From: Eledone cirrhosa
Lineage: Eukaryota
Length of the DNA stretch: 64,000 nucleotides
NCBI GenBank assembly: GCA_964016885.1
Contig: OZ024755.1
Location: 27,776,001-27,840,000 of the forward strand
Reading direction: 5' to 3'
The stretch's first letter is position 1. Each line of letters begins with the position of its first letter. The notes under the pieces were generated by a model, which saw nothing but the letters and a program-made list of their open reading frames with translations, was not told the origin of the DNA and made no database searches. Of this stretch, positions 26,617-40,027 are shown in pieces. Both the position numbers and the translations under genes were made by a program.

Positions 26617-28639
26617 TTTTACTTAAAATCGTTAATTTATATATAATAATTGTTTCTATTTTTGGCACAAGGCCAGCAATTACCCTAGTACATTACTGGT
26701 GCTTTATTTTATCGACCCCGTAAGCATGAAAGGCAAAGTTAACCTCGGCGGGATTTGAACTCAGACCGTAAAAGGCCGTAACTCTATGCTGCAAAGCATG
26801 GCGTCCGACTCTCTACCGATACTGCCAATCCACCGATGAATGAATAAGTATATAATTTTTTTTATTTTACTATATTTATATATAATATGTATTGTTTGAT
26901 ACATATTATACCCTACCAGCGCCTTCTTAGGCCCCAGCGCCCCCTTGGACTTTCTCAACACCCCCTAGGGGGTGGGGCGGTAGCTCTTACTTTGAGAACC
27001 TTTGTTATTATAGACTATAAGTTATAGTATAACAACGTCAACAACATTCGTATCACGGTCATCTCCAAATCTGTCATTCTTAGTAAACAAGTGCTTTTAT
27101 GAAAGAAATCCGACACCCATGTTTCCAAATGTCTAAGAAAATTCATAATTGTTTTGGTAATTAGGTCAACCAATTTAGGTCAACCAACTTAGTTTCAACC
27201 AAATTAGGTCAACCAACTAATACTTAGTTTTCCTCTAAATTTTCTTTTTGGAAATGGATTCAATGCACAAGGTGTACAGTTGAATAAAATAATTGTTTCT
27301 ACTTTTGGCACAAGGACAGCAATTACCCCAGTGCATTACTGGTACTTTATTTTATCGACCCTGTAAGGATGAAAGGCAAAGTTAACCTCGGCGGGATTTG
27401 AACTCAGAACATAAAGGGTCATAACTCTATGCTATAAAGCATGGTGTCTGACGCTCTACCGATGCTGCCAATTCACCGCAGTTGAATAAAATAAATGTTT
27501 CTACGTTTGGCACAAGGCCAGCAATTAACCAGTGCATTACTGGTACTTTATTTTATCGACCCCGTAAGGATGAAAAGCAAAGTTAACCTCGGCGGGATTT
27601 GAACTCAGAATGGCAAAGGCGGTAACTCTATGCGTCAAAGCATGGTGTCCATATCTATAATGTGATTTAATCATGACTATAAATATCTCTTAATTATATT
27701 TTTCTCCCCAAACTACCAAAACACATCTATTTGTATATGCGCTATTTATGTACATGTTATGTTTTTCGCATATCAAAGATTTTTTAATATCTTGGTTGAT
27801 ATTTGATAACAGTAATATACAGAAAGTCAGTAGACAATTTTATATGTATATTTATATAAAATTGTCTACTGACTTTTGGGACACCCTTTATTATGTTAAC
27901 CTTTATAGTAAATTTGTTTGTCATGTCATAACTTTTTCTCCACATATCACTATTTGCCAATTGCTAGTGTGTGTATTCAGAGACAGACTTCGTAGGTCAT
28001 TTTGCTATAATCCCTTTATAATTATTGAAAACTGTAAATGTAATATGACCTGCTTGGACTCAAATTACATTTCCTGACCAGTTTAGAGTGCAAAGAGCTA
28101 AACTAATCACTACAACTAAATCGATAACATTTTCCCTTCCCTTCCTCAATTCAGAAATGCTTCCACCACCACACGCCGATTGAACAATATAATCTTAGGT
28201 ATACTATTCCTGAAATAAACAGACGGGTAGGGTTAGAATGTCTTTAAGTACAGTTTTGCTCGAGTAGTGTTAGCTTGAGGATTAAACAATAACGTATTTT
28301 AGTTCTATTTTGCTTTGTTTTGTTTTCTAAATCACGATCGATTCTCTCTTCACTGATCTTTCATGTGGTAGCGGAACTACGTCGTACCTCGCAATAGCTA
28401 CATTTTCATATACAATAAGGTTAAATTGACCAATGGTAAATCGTGTATGAATACATGTTCACTCTCTGACTGGTGGAGAACCACAGTACGGAGAAAACCA
28501 GGAGATGGCTACTGTCGCGTGAAGAATTATTATAAAATGACTCCTACATTCCTTTCGACAATAAAAATTATATTTATAGAGGATTGAGCGTTAAAGATAT
28601 TTATTTATATCCTGGAAGTCAGAAGCATGTTATTACCAA

Positions 28640-29160
28640 TCATCATCATCATCATTCGTCGACTACTGTCGAGATGATGGATCTCACTCTCCCGCCCCAG
28701 AATCCCCTGTCCCCCATCGCTGCCCCCAGGTCCTGTCTACTGATTTCCGTATCCCTAGAGATAACGTCAGGGAATGACAGCTTCCTACTCCTAGTCAGGC
28801 TGGAATCAGGGTTCCAGAGCAAGAGAGCGGATATGATTTCATTGCTGGCCCCAGAATTCCCTGTCCCCCATCGCTGCCCCCAGGTCCTGTCTACTGATTC
28901 CCGTATCCCTAGAGATAACGTCAGGCAATGACAGCTTCCTACTCCTAGTCAGGCTGGAATCAGGGTTCCAGAGCAAGAGAGCGGATATGATTTCATTGCT
29001 GGCACGGTGACAGTGGCCAGCAAATTGAGCTCTCCGGGATTTTAGAAGGGCAGAGGCTCAAGGGAGTTTGCCATAGATTTTAGACAAGGTGGGATGTCAT
29101 TTCCAGGATAGGTTTTGCACTCTCATTAAGAGGCGGGTATATGTGCCATCCAATCTCCTC
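28640..29160 (-). mobile_element. LINE 3' fragment with (GAT)n tail and internal ~154-bp tandem duplication
   Basis: 28696-28849 is repeated at 28849-29003. The same 3' end occurs at ~37588-37730. Confidence 0.6.
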
Positions 29161-29914
29161 TCAAGTTGTGATGTTATTACCAATACAGTTACCAACTCAT
29201 CCACTAAGGTATTTATCTTATATCGTTTGTAAAAACAAGATCCTTAGAAGATTATAACTTGCAGTTATAAAAAGATATAGATAATATTTAATTTCTCTTC
29301 CTATCTATAATGTGATTTAAATAAAGAAATATAACTATAATTGTTTCTACCTTTAAGCACAAGGCCAGCAATTACCCAGTGCATTACTGGTACTTTATTT
29401 TATCGACCTCGTTAGGATGAAAGGCAAAGTTAACCCCGGCGGGATTTGAACTCAGAATGGCAAGGGCCGTAACTCTATGCGTCAAAGCATGGCGTTCGAC
29501 CCTCTACAGATACTGCCAATCCAGCGGTGATTTAATCATGACTATAAATATCTCTTATGATGTCATAATATCTAACGACAGATTACGAAATAATTGTTTC
29601 TACGTTAGGCACAAGGCCATCAATTACCCAGTGCATTTAGACAATTTAAAACTAGTTGAATAGCTGCTTGAGTCAGTCCGTTTCTGGTAAATATTCATTT
29701 TTCTTTTGGTTGAGTGGATAAAGAGGTTTAATTTGTTACATAAGCGTGTGAAAGAAAGAAAAATATGAAGATCTGAATAGAATTCTTTTGAAAACGCAAT
29801 AGGAAATCGTACACGTGCGCTTTTGAAAATGTTATGTTGTCTAAGACGTTAAGAGGTATGGCGTCGTCGTTTAACATTAGAACACATTAGAATAGATGTA
29901 AACATACACATACA

Positions 29915-30470
29915 CCGACGCCGGGTCTGAACACAGAGGAGCCGAACTCCCACTGTCATCGCTTCCATCTCTCTCGCCCTCCCCATCTCTCATGTACACA
30001 AGGTCCGAACACAGAGGAGCGGAACTCCCACTGTCATCGCCTCCGTCTCTCTCGCCGCCCTCCCCATCTCTCATGTACACAAGGTCCGAACACAGAAGCC
30101 GAACTCCCACTGTCATCGCTTCCATCTCTCTCATGTATACAAGGTCCGAACACAGAGGAACGGAACTCCCACTGTCATCGCCTCCGTCTCTTTAGCTCTC
30201 CCCATCTCTCATGTACACAAGGTCCGAACACAGAGGAGCGGACTCCCACTGTCATCGCTTCCATCTCTCTTGTCCTCCCCACCTCTCACTATTATGAGCA
30301 AATGGGGTCCCACGCGCAGGCTGCTCCATGATCGCGAGGCTCACACCTACGGCTAGCCAGTTTAGCGCCTATCGTGGTGAGTAGGGAAGTAGCCCTAGGG
30401 CCAAGGATACAAGAAGTCTCCACTGCTAGGGGCTCGACTGCAAGCCTTGTTGGAGAGCTGTCGCAATTCA
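29915..30470 (-). mobile_element. CRE-clade-like retrotransposon 3' fragment with ~62-80-bp tandem repeats (about 5 copies)
   Basis: Homologous to 36137-36470; repeated unit TCCGAACACAGAGGAGCGGAACTCCCACTGTCATCGC. Confidence 0.7.
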
Positions 30471-30611
30471 CACTTTACATTATGACGTCATAATACAATA
30501 TAAACGACAATAAGGAAACGAAAAGGATAGAGAAGTAAAAGAAAAGGAAATTCAGGATAGAAAGAATTGGAAAATGGGGACAGTGTGATACACTCAGTCT
30601 GAGCGGTATGT

Positions 30612-31322
30612 GTCTTGTTCTTCTTCACCCACTTATTCCTGAGAGGGCCGTGCGGAAGAGTTCTTCAACACTCATTCTAGTGGGTCCTGTCAAAAGCAGC
30701 CATCTCCATCTGATCTACCCCTGGGTCTTTTGCCGGTTGGTTTTGGTCGTAAAAATCTGTCCAGTGATTATTTCCGGAGACCAGCCAAGTTCATTGATGT
30801 TACCCAACCATGTTGCCCGGGTGAACTCCTGGGTCTCTTGCTGGTTGGTTTTGGTCGTAAAAATCTGTCCAGTGATTATCTCCGGAGACCAGCCAAGTTC
30901 ATGGATGTTACCCAACCATGTTGCCCGGGTGAACTCCTGGGTCTCTTGCTGGTTGGTTTTGGTCGTAAAAATCTGTCCAGTGATTATTTTCGGGGACCAG
31001 CCAAGTTCATGGATGTTACCCAACCATGTTGCTCGTGTCTACCCCTGGGTCTCTTGCCGGTTGGTTTTGGTCGTAAAAATCTGTCCAGTGATTATTTTCG
31101 GGGACCAGCCAAGTTCATGGATGTTACCCAACCATGTTGCTCGGGTCTACTCCTGGGTCTCTTGCCGGTTGATTTTGTCCCCTAAAAATCTGTCCAGTGA
31201 TTCTTTCTTGAGACATTCTAACCACATGCCCATAGTATCGGAGCTGTGATCTCTCAATACAGAGAAGTAGCGGCTCTACCTGGAGTGACTCTAATCTCCG
31301 AGCTACACACTTTATCGAGTGG
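30612..31322 (-). mobile_element. RTE LINE 3' end containing a 108-bp tandem repeat (~4.4 copies, 30717-31201)
   Basis: ERSQLRYYGHVVRM and RATWLGNIHELGWS motifs; repeat starts at 30721, 30829, 30937, 31045 and 31153. Confidence 0.8.
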
Positions 31323-32259
31323 TATGTTTCAGGGACAAAATGACGACGACATTACCATGGAGAATAGCCAGCGATATTCGCTGCAAACAGTCATCCGACT
31401 TCTCGGGGCTCCTTGCTCGGGCGGGTTACAGTTTTCCCGATTTTTGTGAAGGAAAACAGACTCGATCCTCCCGAAGGTTGACCAGCTCTTAAAAAATTCA
31501 AGGCAATTTTGAGATTAGGAGTGCTATTCAGAAAGACAAACGTGCTGCAATTTGCCTATGACTGGCATAGATCATATTTTCTCTATTTAAATATAAAACG
31601 GTTGTTTGGCCCTGATTAAATACATCATCATCATCACCATCACCATCGCCATCATCATCACTATCCGTCACGGTCCTTCGTCATCTCCTCCGTTAGCTTC
31701 AGTGATCTGAGGTCAGCTCTCACCACCTCCGCCCATGATTTTCGTGGTCTTCCTAATTTCTTATTCGGATTCACACAACATTCAAACAATGAGTTACTTT
31801 CTTCTTCTTCTTCTTCTTATCATCATCACCACCACCACCACCACCACCACCACCACCACCACCAGCAGCAGCAGCATCTTTGAAATGATTCTCTTTAAAA
31901 GATGTTGGGACAGCGGTTTGGCAGTATCGGTAGAGGGTTGGACGTCATGCTTTCTAGTATAGTTACGTCCTATTACGGTTCGAGTTCAAATCCCGCCGAG
32001 GTTAACTTTGCCTTTCATCCTTACGGGGTCGATAAAATAAAGTACCAGTAATGTACTGGGTAATTGCTGGCCTTGTGCCAAAAGTAGAAACAATTATTTT
32101 TATAATTATTTCGGCGAGCGAGGTGATGAAATTGACAGGATCCCAGAAAGCATAAGCATTCAAATATATTTGGTTATGTCTATATCTTGTTAGGGTCTAT
32201 ATCTGATAATCCTAATGATATGTGGCTTGTTATGGTGTTTTAAAAAGTAATATTTAGTC

Positions 32260-32469
32260 TTCGTAGGGAAATGGAAGCTCGATGTAAGGAAGCTGCTAAA
32301 ACAGCAAAATGCCGTCTAAACGATGTTGGGTAAAACATTACCTCGAAGGACAGAAATCATTCGAGCTGTTAATTTCTATCCTTCGAGGTAATGTTTTACC
32401 CAACACCGTTTCGATGGCATTTTGTTGTTTTAACAGCTTCCTTACGCCTAGCTCCCATTTTCCTACGAA
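32260..32469. mobile_element. Foldback element/MITE with ~98-bp arms and a 14-nt loop
   Basis: TTCGTAGGGAAATGG...AAGGACAGAAAT versus ATTTCTATCCTT...CCATTTTCCTACGAA. Confidence 0.8.
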
Positions 32470-33100
32470 TTCTAATACACTCGAGTTTTCAAAACTCGAT
32501 ATTCGAGTTAATTTTGTTAATATTTAGACATCATAAAGGCGGTGGAATGACAGCATCAGGAGAGCGTCAGACACCATGCTTTGCAGCATAGGGTTATGGC
32601 CCTTTATGTTCTGAGTTCAAATCCCGCCGAGGTTAGTTTTCCCTTTCATCCTTATGGGGTCGATAAAATAAAGTACCAGTAATGCACTGGGTCGATTTAA
32701 TCGACTTTCCCCCTCCCCTTTCTAATTGTTGGCCTTGTGCCTAAAGTAGAAACGACGATTTCCTTCAAATGAAACAGTTCTAGTACTGTATGAGCCATTT
32801 CTATATTTAATTTTGTATATACTCTAATGTATTGAGTACTTTAGTTACTGTGGTTACTCCCGGGACTCTTACACACACACACACACACACATACACATAT
32901 ATATATATATATATATATATACTAAACCATCCGTGGGTCAAGTTCACTTGAAAATATTTTTTAAAAAGCATGTTTACTTAAAAATAATTTTTAAATAATG
33001 AAGACGTCATCAAGCTGTTTAATTAGCAGTAAATGTTATAGTACTTCTATTCTTACGAGATACATGGTTTCTAGTTTATGGCGAATGAGAATTCATAGTA

Positions 33101-33227
33101 AAGGGTGGCCCAAAAGTTGCAATACATAGGAAATTTTAAAGTTTCCATATTTATTTATTTTGAATAAATTGTTTCTTATAAAACATAATTAATTTTTTTT
33201 ATGTATCGCAACTTTTGGGCCACACTA
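33101..33227. mobile_element. Tc1/mariner-type MITE
   Basis: TIRs AGGGTGGCCCAAAAGTTGC / GCAACTTTTGGGCCAC with TA flanks; second copy at 35257-35381. Confidence 0.8.
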
Positions 33228-33502
33228 TATATTTATTCGTAAAATGTCGGCTTAATTTTAAAAACTACCAAGATTGGAAGTTCAATATATAATTAAAGGT
33301 CAACTAAGTGTAGACAAAATCTTTGAGTTAATGGAAGCTCGGAAAAGATTCAACAAGAGAAACTTCTGTTTTACAGCTTTCCTTCTTGTTTCCTTTTTTT
33401 TCTTTTTCGTTTATTAGACATAATCTGCCCCCCCCCCCATTGGCCTCCTTCAATGTTTGAAATGTTATTTTAATTTTATTTATTTTTTTCCCTTAAAATT
33501 TG

Positions 33503-33534
<32 letters not shown>

Positions 33535-35256
33535 GTCTCACTAAGGCCGGTGGATTGGCAGTACCAGTAGAGAGTCGGACGCCAAGCTTTGCAGCATATA
33601 GTTACGACCCTTTATGATCTGAGATCAAATCTCGCCGAGGTTAACTTTGCCTTTCATCCTTACGGGGGGTCGATAAGATAAAGTACCAGTCACGCACTGG
33701 AGGTCGATTTAGTCGACTTCTCCCTCCCCCAAAATATGCTGGCCTTGTGCTTATATAAGAATTATATTACTTGTCTCACTAAGGGCGGTGGATTGGCAGA
33801 AGGTCGGTAGAAGGTCGGACGCCATGCTTTGACGCAGAGTTACGGCCCTTGCCATTCTGAGTTCAAATCCCGCCGAGGTTAACTTTGCCTTTCATCCTTA
33901 CGGGATCGATAAAATAAAGTACCAGTAATGCACTGGGTAATTGCTGGCCTTGTGCCTATATAAGAAACCATTATTACTTGTCTCACTAGCTATTTTTGAT
34001 TACCAACTGTAAGGAGTACTCGATACTTCCCCTAGTCTGTCATGGCTTACTAGCTCTATACGGACGTTTAAATTGAATAAAATAAATAAATGAACTCAGA
34101 ACTAATAAGGTAGTGTTGGATGCGTTTTGAGGGAGTTTGGTTGCTATTTCAAGCCTGCTCAGTGCCCATGTATTGGTTCTCTCACAATTGTCATAGCTGA
34201 ACACTCTACTGTTCTTCACATTGATGAATAAAAAAAAACAAACAAATAAATGAGTCTAAATAAATATAAATGTAATAAAATCTTTTATTTTTTTAATATA
34301 AAAATATTAAATAAAACAAAATTATTCTGAAGTTATCAGAAAATGTGCTTTTGTACTGAAACAGTTGGTAGCTCATGGTTGTCCAATCATTTTCATAAAA
34401 AAGTTGCTCAAAATTTTCAAAAATAAGAAATTGTGTTAGAATGTCGACCAGAATGTTTAAATAGCTTGACAAATTAAACATTGTGGTAGGCAAAACCTAA
34501 CACACAATACCAGAGCAACGAAAAAACTAACATATATATATATAGAAAGGTTATCCTTTCTATCTGAAGAGCAAACTAGACGTATATTAATATTGTCTAG
34601 GGTCCTGAAACCTTAAAATACAGACAATTACTCCATTACCTTAATTTAAATTTACTTAGTTGATAATTTCATATACTCAGTAGAATTTTTACTTTTAAGA
34701 ATTACAATTTTAAGACACGAAGTAGCCATAAGTATGACATAATCCGCTACTTATAACCAAATCCGGCAACCCTGTTACATAGCCAGCAGGATTTGACCGG
34801 GATCTGGTGGAGAATCCATTTGAAACTTGGGAGAACACGACCATCTATCATGAACGATGGTTTAAATCAATCTTTTACAGGTACAGCAGACGCCGGGTTT
34901 GTGTTATCTTCATACTTAAGAGTTCGATTCACTGTATTCACGTCATTTGTAGTATTTCTGGACTCAGGATCTAAAAATGGGAGTGATATATACAAAGCAT
35001 ATAAATAAATTTACAGTAGAATGTTCTTCTGAAAGAATTGGATCTAAAATATATTTAAAAACTTTATATTAGTGTTGGTTTAACTTTAATACTGTTATGT
35101 CTCGTATCTCATGGCTACTTTACAGCTTGCAATATTGACTTCATGTTGTTTATCCAAGGCAGAGGTCTTCAAAGTGGGTGTTACCGGGGGGGGGGGGGGT
35201 AAAGAACGTCCAAGGGGGGCACTGGGGTCCAAAGGGGTGGTAGAGATGATATAATA

Positions 35257-35381
35257 CAGGGTGGCCCAAAAGTCGCAATACATAAAACATTTTAAAGTTT
35301 CTATAATTATTTATTTTGAATAAATTGTTTCTTATAAAACAATTATTTTTTTTTATGTATTGCGACTTTTGGGCCACCCTA
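35257..35381. mobile_element. Tc1/mariner-type MITE
   Basis: TA|CAGGGTGGCCCAAAAGTCGCAATACATA ... TATGTATTGCGACTTTTGGGCCACCCTA|TA. Confidence 0.85.
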
Positions 35382-36136
35382 TAGTATATTAAATATCAAA
35401 TGATACATATTATATATAAGTATAGTAAGGCGTGTGGCTGAGTGGTTAGAGAATTGGATTCACAATCTTGAGGCTGTGAGTTCGATTCCTGGAACAGAAG
35501 ATGCGTTGTGTTCTTGAGCAAGATACTTTATTTCACGTTGCTCCTTCTACCTGGAGTTGCGACCTATAGATAGGTATAACATTTGCCATATAGTTATAAT
35601 TAAGGATACTGGAATATTGAGAGTTAAGTGCCTGCTCTATGGACACAATACACCACAAAGGACATATAATTTAATTTTATTGGACTTTAGAAAGGGTTTG
35701 TTCAATGTGTTCTGCTTTTAAACATGAGAGTGTGATTGGGGAAATTTAACTGCTATTTCTAGTAGATCAAATGACCACCACGTACTTACTGTAGATGACA
35801 TATAACAGACTACTGTACGGTTGACTTGAGTGAGAGACTAAAATAGACATTCTATCCAAAGAGAGATAGAGGAGGGAGGGTGTGAAAGAGAGAGGAGGAT
35901 GAGGGAGAGAGATGATGGAAAGAAAGAGTAAAAGAGAGACAGGATGAAGGGAGGGGCGAGAGATTTGTTATTATTTCTATGTTTAAAAAGGAAAAGAATA
36001 AGTTAAAACCTCACACGTCTTCCTCATAGTCGAGTTAGATCTTATTTTAGCTACGCTTATCGTATTTTAACCATATTTATAATATCGTTAAATCTATAGG
36101 TAACTTAGCAACGTTGCAATGAACTGTATAGCGTAA

Positions 36137-36475
36137 CCGGTCGCTCTCCAACAGGTTTGCGGTCGTGCCCTTGGCAGTGGAGACTTCTTGTGTACTTGGC
36201 CCTAGGGCTACCTCCCTATTCACCACCATAGGCGCTGAGCTGGACAGCCGCAGGGGTGAGCCTCGCGAGATGGAATGGATCTTCCAGCGTATCTCCCTTA
36301 CCATCCTCCGGAGAAACGCCTTCTCCATTCTGCCCGCCGGGGCTGTGGGGCAGCCAGCACGAGGGACCCCATTTGCTCACTATACAGAGAGATGGGGAGG
36401 GGCGAGAGAGATGGGGGCGATGACGGTGGGAATTTGGCTCTTCCGTGTTCGGACACATTGCACCTGTGAAGAGTG
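36137..36475 (+). mobile_element. CRE-clade-like non-LTR retrotransposon 3' fragment (restriction-like endonuclease tail)
   Basis: RFAVVPLAVETSCVLGPRA...GEPREMEWIFQRISLTILRRNAFSIL fits the CRE RLE C-terminus pattern (F.P.A.ET.G..G...QRIS....RGNA..IL). Absent from copy A intron 2. Confidence 0.78.
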
Positions 36476-36556
36476 TAATTTTATAAATATATATACACGC
36501 ATACATCCTCTTAGAATCAGAGCAATAAACACACCAGCCCTTTCATAATATATCTC

Positions 36557-36775
36557 TTACTTGGAATTTGATCGTGTTTTGTTGTTGTTATTGTTATTCA
36601 TGAGTTTCTGTAAAGTCTTGCGGTTATGGCCATTAGGGTCGTGTCTGTTAGTATGCTCTCTGGCTTCTCTCTTTGATCGACCTTTGCCACTATGGCCAAC
36701 ATGGATATATTGGTCACGGTTCATGCTCACCACATCGTATTCGTCCATGTAGTTTTCTACGAAGAAGTCAGACAT
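36557..36775 (-). CDS. NUPR1: Nuclear protein 1 / p8-like protein, copy B
   Basis: 69 of 72 aa identical to copy A (V5F; RC to NS near the C-terminus); p8 signature intact. Confidence 0.92.
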   Translation of the reverse strand: MSDFFVENYMDEYDVVSMNRDQYIHVGHSGKGRSKREAREHTNRHDPNGHNRKTLQKLMNNNNNNKTRSNSK

Positions 36776-37930
36776 CTTGAAGTTTACAAATCCTTAAAGA
36801 CGATATAGTTTCCTGAAAGACAGAAAGAAGGAAGATGTTATTAGATTGTAATTTAAAGCTGAATGTGGATTGGCAGTATCGGTAGAGGGTCAGACGCCAT
36901 GCTTTGCAGCATAGAGTTACGGCCCTTTATTAGATTGTAATTTAAAGCTGAATGTGTATTGGCAGTATCGGTAGAGGGTCAGACACCTTGCTTTGCAGCA
37001 TAGAGTTACGGCACTTTATTAGATTGTAATTTAAAGCTGAATGAAAGAGACACAGAAAAGTGAAAATGAATTCAGTAACAGAACAGGAGTAAAGGGTTGA
37101 CACACGGAGACGTAGAAAAATGCTCAATTTCAATCGGTCCTCTATTTTCTGCTCGTGTTTGATATAATCCTGTCTCATGGAACTAATTCTGCAATTAACA
37201 CTACATGATATCGCCTAGGTCTTGCACCATAATCGGATGATAAAGTTGGGCTACCGAAATATGTTTAGTGTTTTCGAGGGATTAAAATTCTAAAGTAAAT
37301 TTCCGGGAGGTGTGGTGTCTATTATATAATAATCTCAAAAAAAAAAAAAAAAAAAAAAAAGCTCTCATGGCTGTCTTTAGAATATAAATCAAAATAGGGA
37401 GCACACAGGATAAAGACAATAGACAAAAACTCCCCAGAAAGACGGACGGTCCCATCTCCTAAGTCAACCTCTAGAAACCACTATCGGAGCATTAAGTTTA
37501 ATACTGTTCATTCCTGTGCATAGTGGATCATTACAAAACAGTAGGGGCAAGTTATACCTTCAGGTAAATTACATAAATATAGAGTGCTCATCATCATCAT
37601 CATCATTCTTCGACTACTGTCGAGATGATGGATCTCACTCTCATGCCTCAGAACTCCCTGTCCCCCATATAGTGCGGTTCCCTGAGGAACAGGAACCCTG
37701 GTGCAGCCAGTTGCGAAATCCATAATCTTTTCAAATAGCTAATAATGTGTGTGGGCACCACTACTACACACATGTGAAAGAATTTGACAGCCAAGTCTTG
37801 AAGAAGGTGCTTTCTCCTCCGTGTGGTGGGTTACCCGGCGCCAGATAGAGTGCTCAAGAGCTTAGTCAAAGGAGAATTACATATATACATGTGTGTGTGT
37901 GGTGTGTATGATGTGTGTATGGTGTGTATG

Positions 37931-38000
<70 letters not shown>

Positions 38001-38038
38001 TGTGGTGTGGTGTGGTGTGTGTGTATATATAAACAAAT

Positions 38039-38141
38039 ATAGGAAAAGAGTCAGGACCCCGACGGCTGAGCTCCGGCCGTTTCGGATCTAGCTGTCGAAA
38101 TGGCCGGAGCTCAGCCGTCGGAGTCCTGACTCTTTCCCTAT
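38039..38141. repeat. GC-rich near-perfect inverted repeat with 46-bp arms and an 11-nt loop
   Basis: The arms differ at only 3 positions. Confidence 0.92.
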
Positions 38142-38217
38142 TACCCACTCTACTACCCTAAGTATTGAGTACTCTGGTGCGTTATGGTCCACCTGGTATC
38201 TTACCACACCCTCTTTG

Positions 38218-39260
<1,043 letters not shown>

Positions 39261-39514
39261 AGGGAACAAAGAATCAGTGTTGCATCATATACATATTTAA
39301 TCAGTTCCTCAGATATGTGCACATATCTGAGGAGCTTTCGACTCCAGAGTCAGGAACGAACATAATCGATCATTCTTCGAGCTGATCAATACAGAAACAA
39401 TTATAATATGAAATAAAGTTGCAAAAGGCTGCTGCAATTATCATTGTCACTTTATATATATATATGCAATGATATTAAATAAATGGAAACTATATTTATA
39501 AAACCATATTTATT

Positions 39515-39567
39515 CTATTATATATATTTCAAGGGTACCAAAATTTTGGTACGCTGTCATCAGATAA
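39515..39567 (-). ncRNA. Minimal type I hammerhead ribozyme, sense to NUPR1-B intron 1
   Basis: TTAT-CTGATGA-cAGcGTACCAAAATTTTGGTACcCTt-GAAA-TATATA-TA-ATAG. Confidence 0.68.
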
Positions 39568-39759
39568 ATTTTGACATAACCAAGGAGAATATACTTTAAC
39601 GGTTCAAGTTATATATATATTTATTAAAATAACAGATTAAAGTTTAAGCAAAGAATCGCTGCTTTCAGCCTTAACGGGATCTTCTGAAATATATGTATAA
39701 TCCTTATCGAACCCTCTTCGGATTTTAGTCTTCACGTTTATTATTGTACACACACACAC

Positions 39760-39790
<31 letters not shown>

Positions 39791-40027
39791 CATATATATA
39801 TATATACATATATACACATATATATATATATATACACATATATATATACACACACACATATATATATATATATACATATATATATACACACACACATATA
39901 TATACATATACACACATACACATATATATATATATATAGATATACATATACATATGCACACATATATATATACATATACACACATATATATAGATATACA
40001 TATACATACATATATATAGATATACAT

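Noticed and set aside
30608-31249. 213-aa repeat protein ORF
   Set aside because: It is the antisense reading of a 108-bp tandem repeat inside an RTE fragment.
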